DNA of 48,401 nucleotides, the filler included, from Jimgerdemannia flammicorona (Eukaryota), in NCBI GenBank assembly GCA_003990765.1. It is 2 parts of 2 records of this genome, joined end to end, with 100 filler letters (N's around TTAATTAATTAA, not from the genome) between each part and the next. Parts side by side here need not be neighbours in the genome. Positions count along the whole stretch, not along the records: positions 24,254 to 48,401 come from RBNJ01001019.1; 1 more part is not named here. One strand, 5' to 3'. The position numbers were made by a program, and so were the translations under genes. Numbering within the stretch: position 1 is the stretch's first letter; every line of letters begins with the position of its first letter. The notes under the pieces are model-generated. The model saw nothing but the letters and a program-made list of their open reading frames with translations. It was not told where the DNA came from and searched no databases. Of this stretch, positions 47,655 to 48,401 are shown one piece after another.

Positions 47655-48401
47655 TATTATAATTATTATAGCTCTATATCAATATCTTGCATACTGTATA
47701 TCTATTGAGTCTTTTTTTATCTTTCTTTTCAGCCATCAAATGTGAATTATATTAAATATTATTAGAAGTCACAATATTGCTTTCCTGTAATACTCATTGA
47801 TCAGATTCTTTTCTCTGATATATATATACTTATATATGATGAAACTTATCTCATTATTGAGCTGGCACCTGGCTGGTGTGTTAAATGAGGTCATCAAGGA
47901 AAAGAAGCAGTCAGATAATATATTGAATATTATTTTCACCAAAATAACTATATTATTATATAGAGAAATATCTAAAAAAACTTTTTTTTTTTTAATAAAT
48001 AATTTATCAAGTTAAAAAGATCTAAATATCAGGATCAATAGTATAGACATATATCTCTATTTGGTTTTTACAGACTTCTTTACTATATATCTAGATAAAT
48101 AACTATTATCTAAAATATCTATTATATAAGAGTTTAAAATCTATTTTGATAAGTTCTTTATCATTTAGTCAGTAATAGCTCTTTTATCAATATTCATAAT
48201 AGAGTAGTGGTTTTGTCTTATGATATAAGTGATTAGATTAAGTAGAAATTAACTTATTATTATATATAAGAGCTAAAGGTAAAATCAGAAAGATACCTAA
48301 CAGTATTGAGTACAAATTATAATAATTTAGATTGGATTTTTTTTGGTTACAAAATGAAGCCAATACTATAGTATCTGTTCTATCTTTTTTTTTTTTTTTT
48401 T

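Overview
Eukaryotic, intron-rich, repeat-rich fungal DNA. The gene families and intron style suggest an early-diverging Mucoromycota-type fungus (inference). A synthetic 100-bp N/TTAATTAATTAA linker at 24154-24253 splits the window. Left half: three nested, decayed L1/Tx1-like LINE insertions with clear target-site duplications (1-7.5 kb) and a small hAT-like MITE. These are followed by an apparent immune-type cluster that the ORF track misses: two intact tandem genes with an N-terminal SAM domain and ribonuclease-inhibitor-like leucine-rich repeats (LRRs). Every LRR is its own frame-preserving exon (mostly 84 nt, all introns phase 1 and homologous), with 25 LRR exons in gene 1 and 14 in gene 2. 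Sequence variability is concentrated on the predicted ligand-binding face and at the split junction codon. Next come an NB-ARC pseudogene, an inverted orphan LRR-exon remnant, and P-type ATPase and possible kinase debris. Right half: a ~10.9-kb inverted-repeat-bounded block carrying a decayed piggyBac transposase, which is interrupted by a Tc1 element with an internal inversion, plus minisatellites and cargo. The window ends with four conventional spliced genes: a NADAR protein, ALG11, a UBC6/UBE2J1-type E2, and a GT8-GT64 fused glycosyltransferase.
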